Below, in pieces: positions 32,278 through 32,913 of a DNA stretch of 32,913 bases. A program made the position numbers and the translations under genes. The notes under the pieces are model-generated. The model did no database searches and was not told the origin of the DNA. It was given only the letters and a program-made list of their open reading frames with translations. Position 1 is the stretch's first letter. The number at the start of each line of letters is the position of its first letter. This DNA is from Klebsormidium nitens (Eukaryota; Plantae; Klebsormidiophyceae): assembly GCA_000708835.1 (NCBI GenBank), contig DF237733.1, positions 1 through 32,913 of the forward strand, given 5' to 3'.

Positions 32278-32913
32278 CTTCCTCAGGAGACTCAGGGCGC
32301 ACGCAGGCGCAACGACCGGACTAGATGAATACCCTTCTTGTATACGGTATCTAGTAAGAGAAAAGTGTGAGCCTGGTGATCATAACTCCACGTTCTTCGT
32401 TTCCTCAAGGAGTGTTGTAAGACTTATGCATGGCACACCTCAAAGGGCAGATGAAGCCATGAACCCCACAATTCGGCTGATTGTCGCCATTGATGGCAGT
32501 AGAGTGCAGCCAGCAGCTTTGCGCATATCGGTTCCAACATGTACGTTGCGTCACCTGATGATGCAGAATCCACACGCAGAGCTGCAGAATGTAACCTGCC
32601 AAGACGGGCCAACCAATACTTGCCTGGTTCACGTAGGTCGACGAACGCGCATGACAGCGTCTGCGAATGAACTGCACTTCGTCGACTTGCAGCACACCCA
32701 ATAGAAGCCCAGCCTGCGTCCGCGTTCGCTTACAGTAGCTACTGTAACTGACTGTAACCACAGACTCCTGCAAATCATCTGAAGCTTAGAAGATACCCTA
32801 GAGCGAGGACAAAAAGAAGCAGTCTTCGTAGGAGGCACTATTGGACGGTGTCAGTGTGCGTCAGCTTCAAGAACGGCGAAGTTTCGCAGCCCTTGAGACT
32901 TCTGTAGAATCAT

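Noticed and set aside
32228-32838. ORFs at the right edge (158, 122 and 69 aa)
   Set aside because: No recognisable motifs or exon-like codon bias; this is probably the upstream region of MYND gene B.

Overview
Eukaryotic nuclear DNA. GC-rich exons and 0.3-1 kb GT-AG introns suggest a green-lineage genome, probably a streptophyte alga such as Klebsormidium (inference from gene content and style only). I rebuilt gene models by hand with phase-consistent splice sites: (1) a secreted SMP-30/gluconolactonase-family gene, + strand, 7 exons, 424 aa; (2) a 14-exon, 925-aa protein with about 14 WD40 repeats, - strand; (3) a divergent P-class PPR gene, + strand, 3 exons, about 1265 aa; (4) a Sel1-repeat gene, - strand, whose repeat frame runs on past four in-frame TGA stops; (5, 6) two paralogous, convergent two-exon MYND zinc-finger genes sharing an unrecognised helical N-terminal domain; (7) a possible gene start at the left edge. 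No rRNA, tRNA, CRISPR array or recognisable transposon or viral hallmark gene was found. The most unusual structure is a set of '3' splice-site echoes'. In up to three introns of two unrelated genes (two clear cases, one weaker), the intron tail, acceptor AG and start of the next exon are tandemly copied upstream into the intron and decay with distance. In the gluconolactonase gene two echo acceptors are intact, in frame and stop-free. I found no complete novel multi-gene system that the sequence alone can establish.
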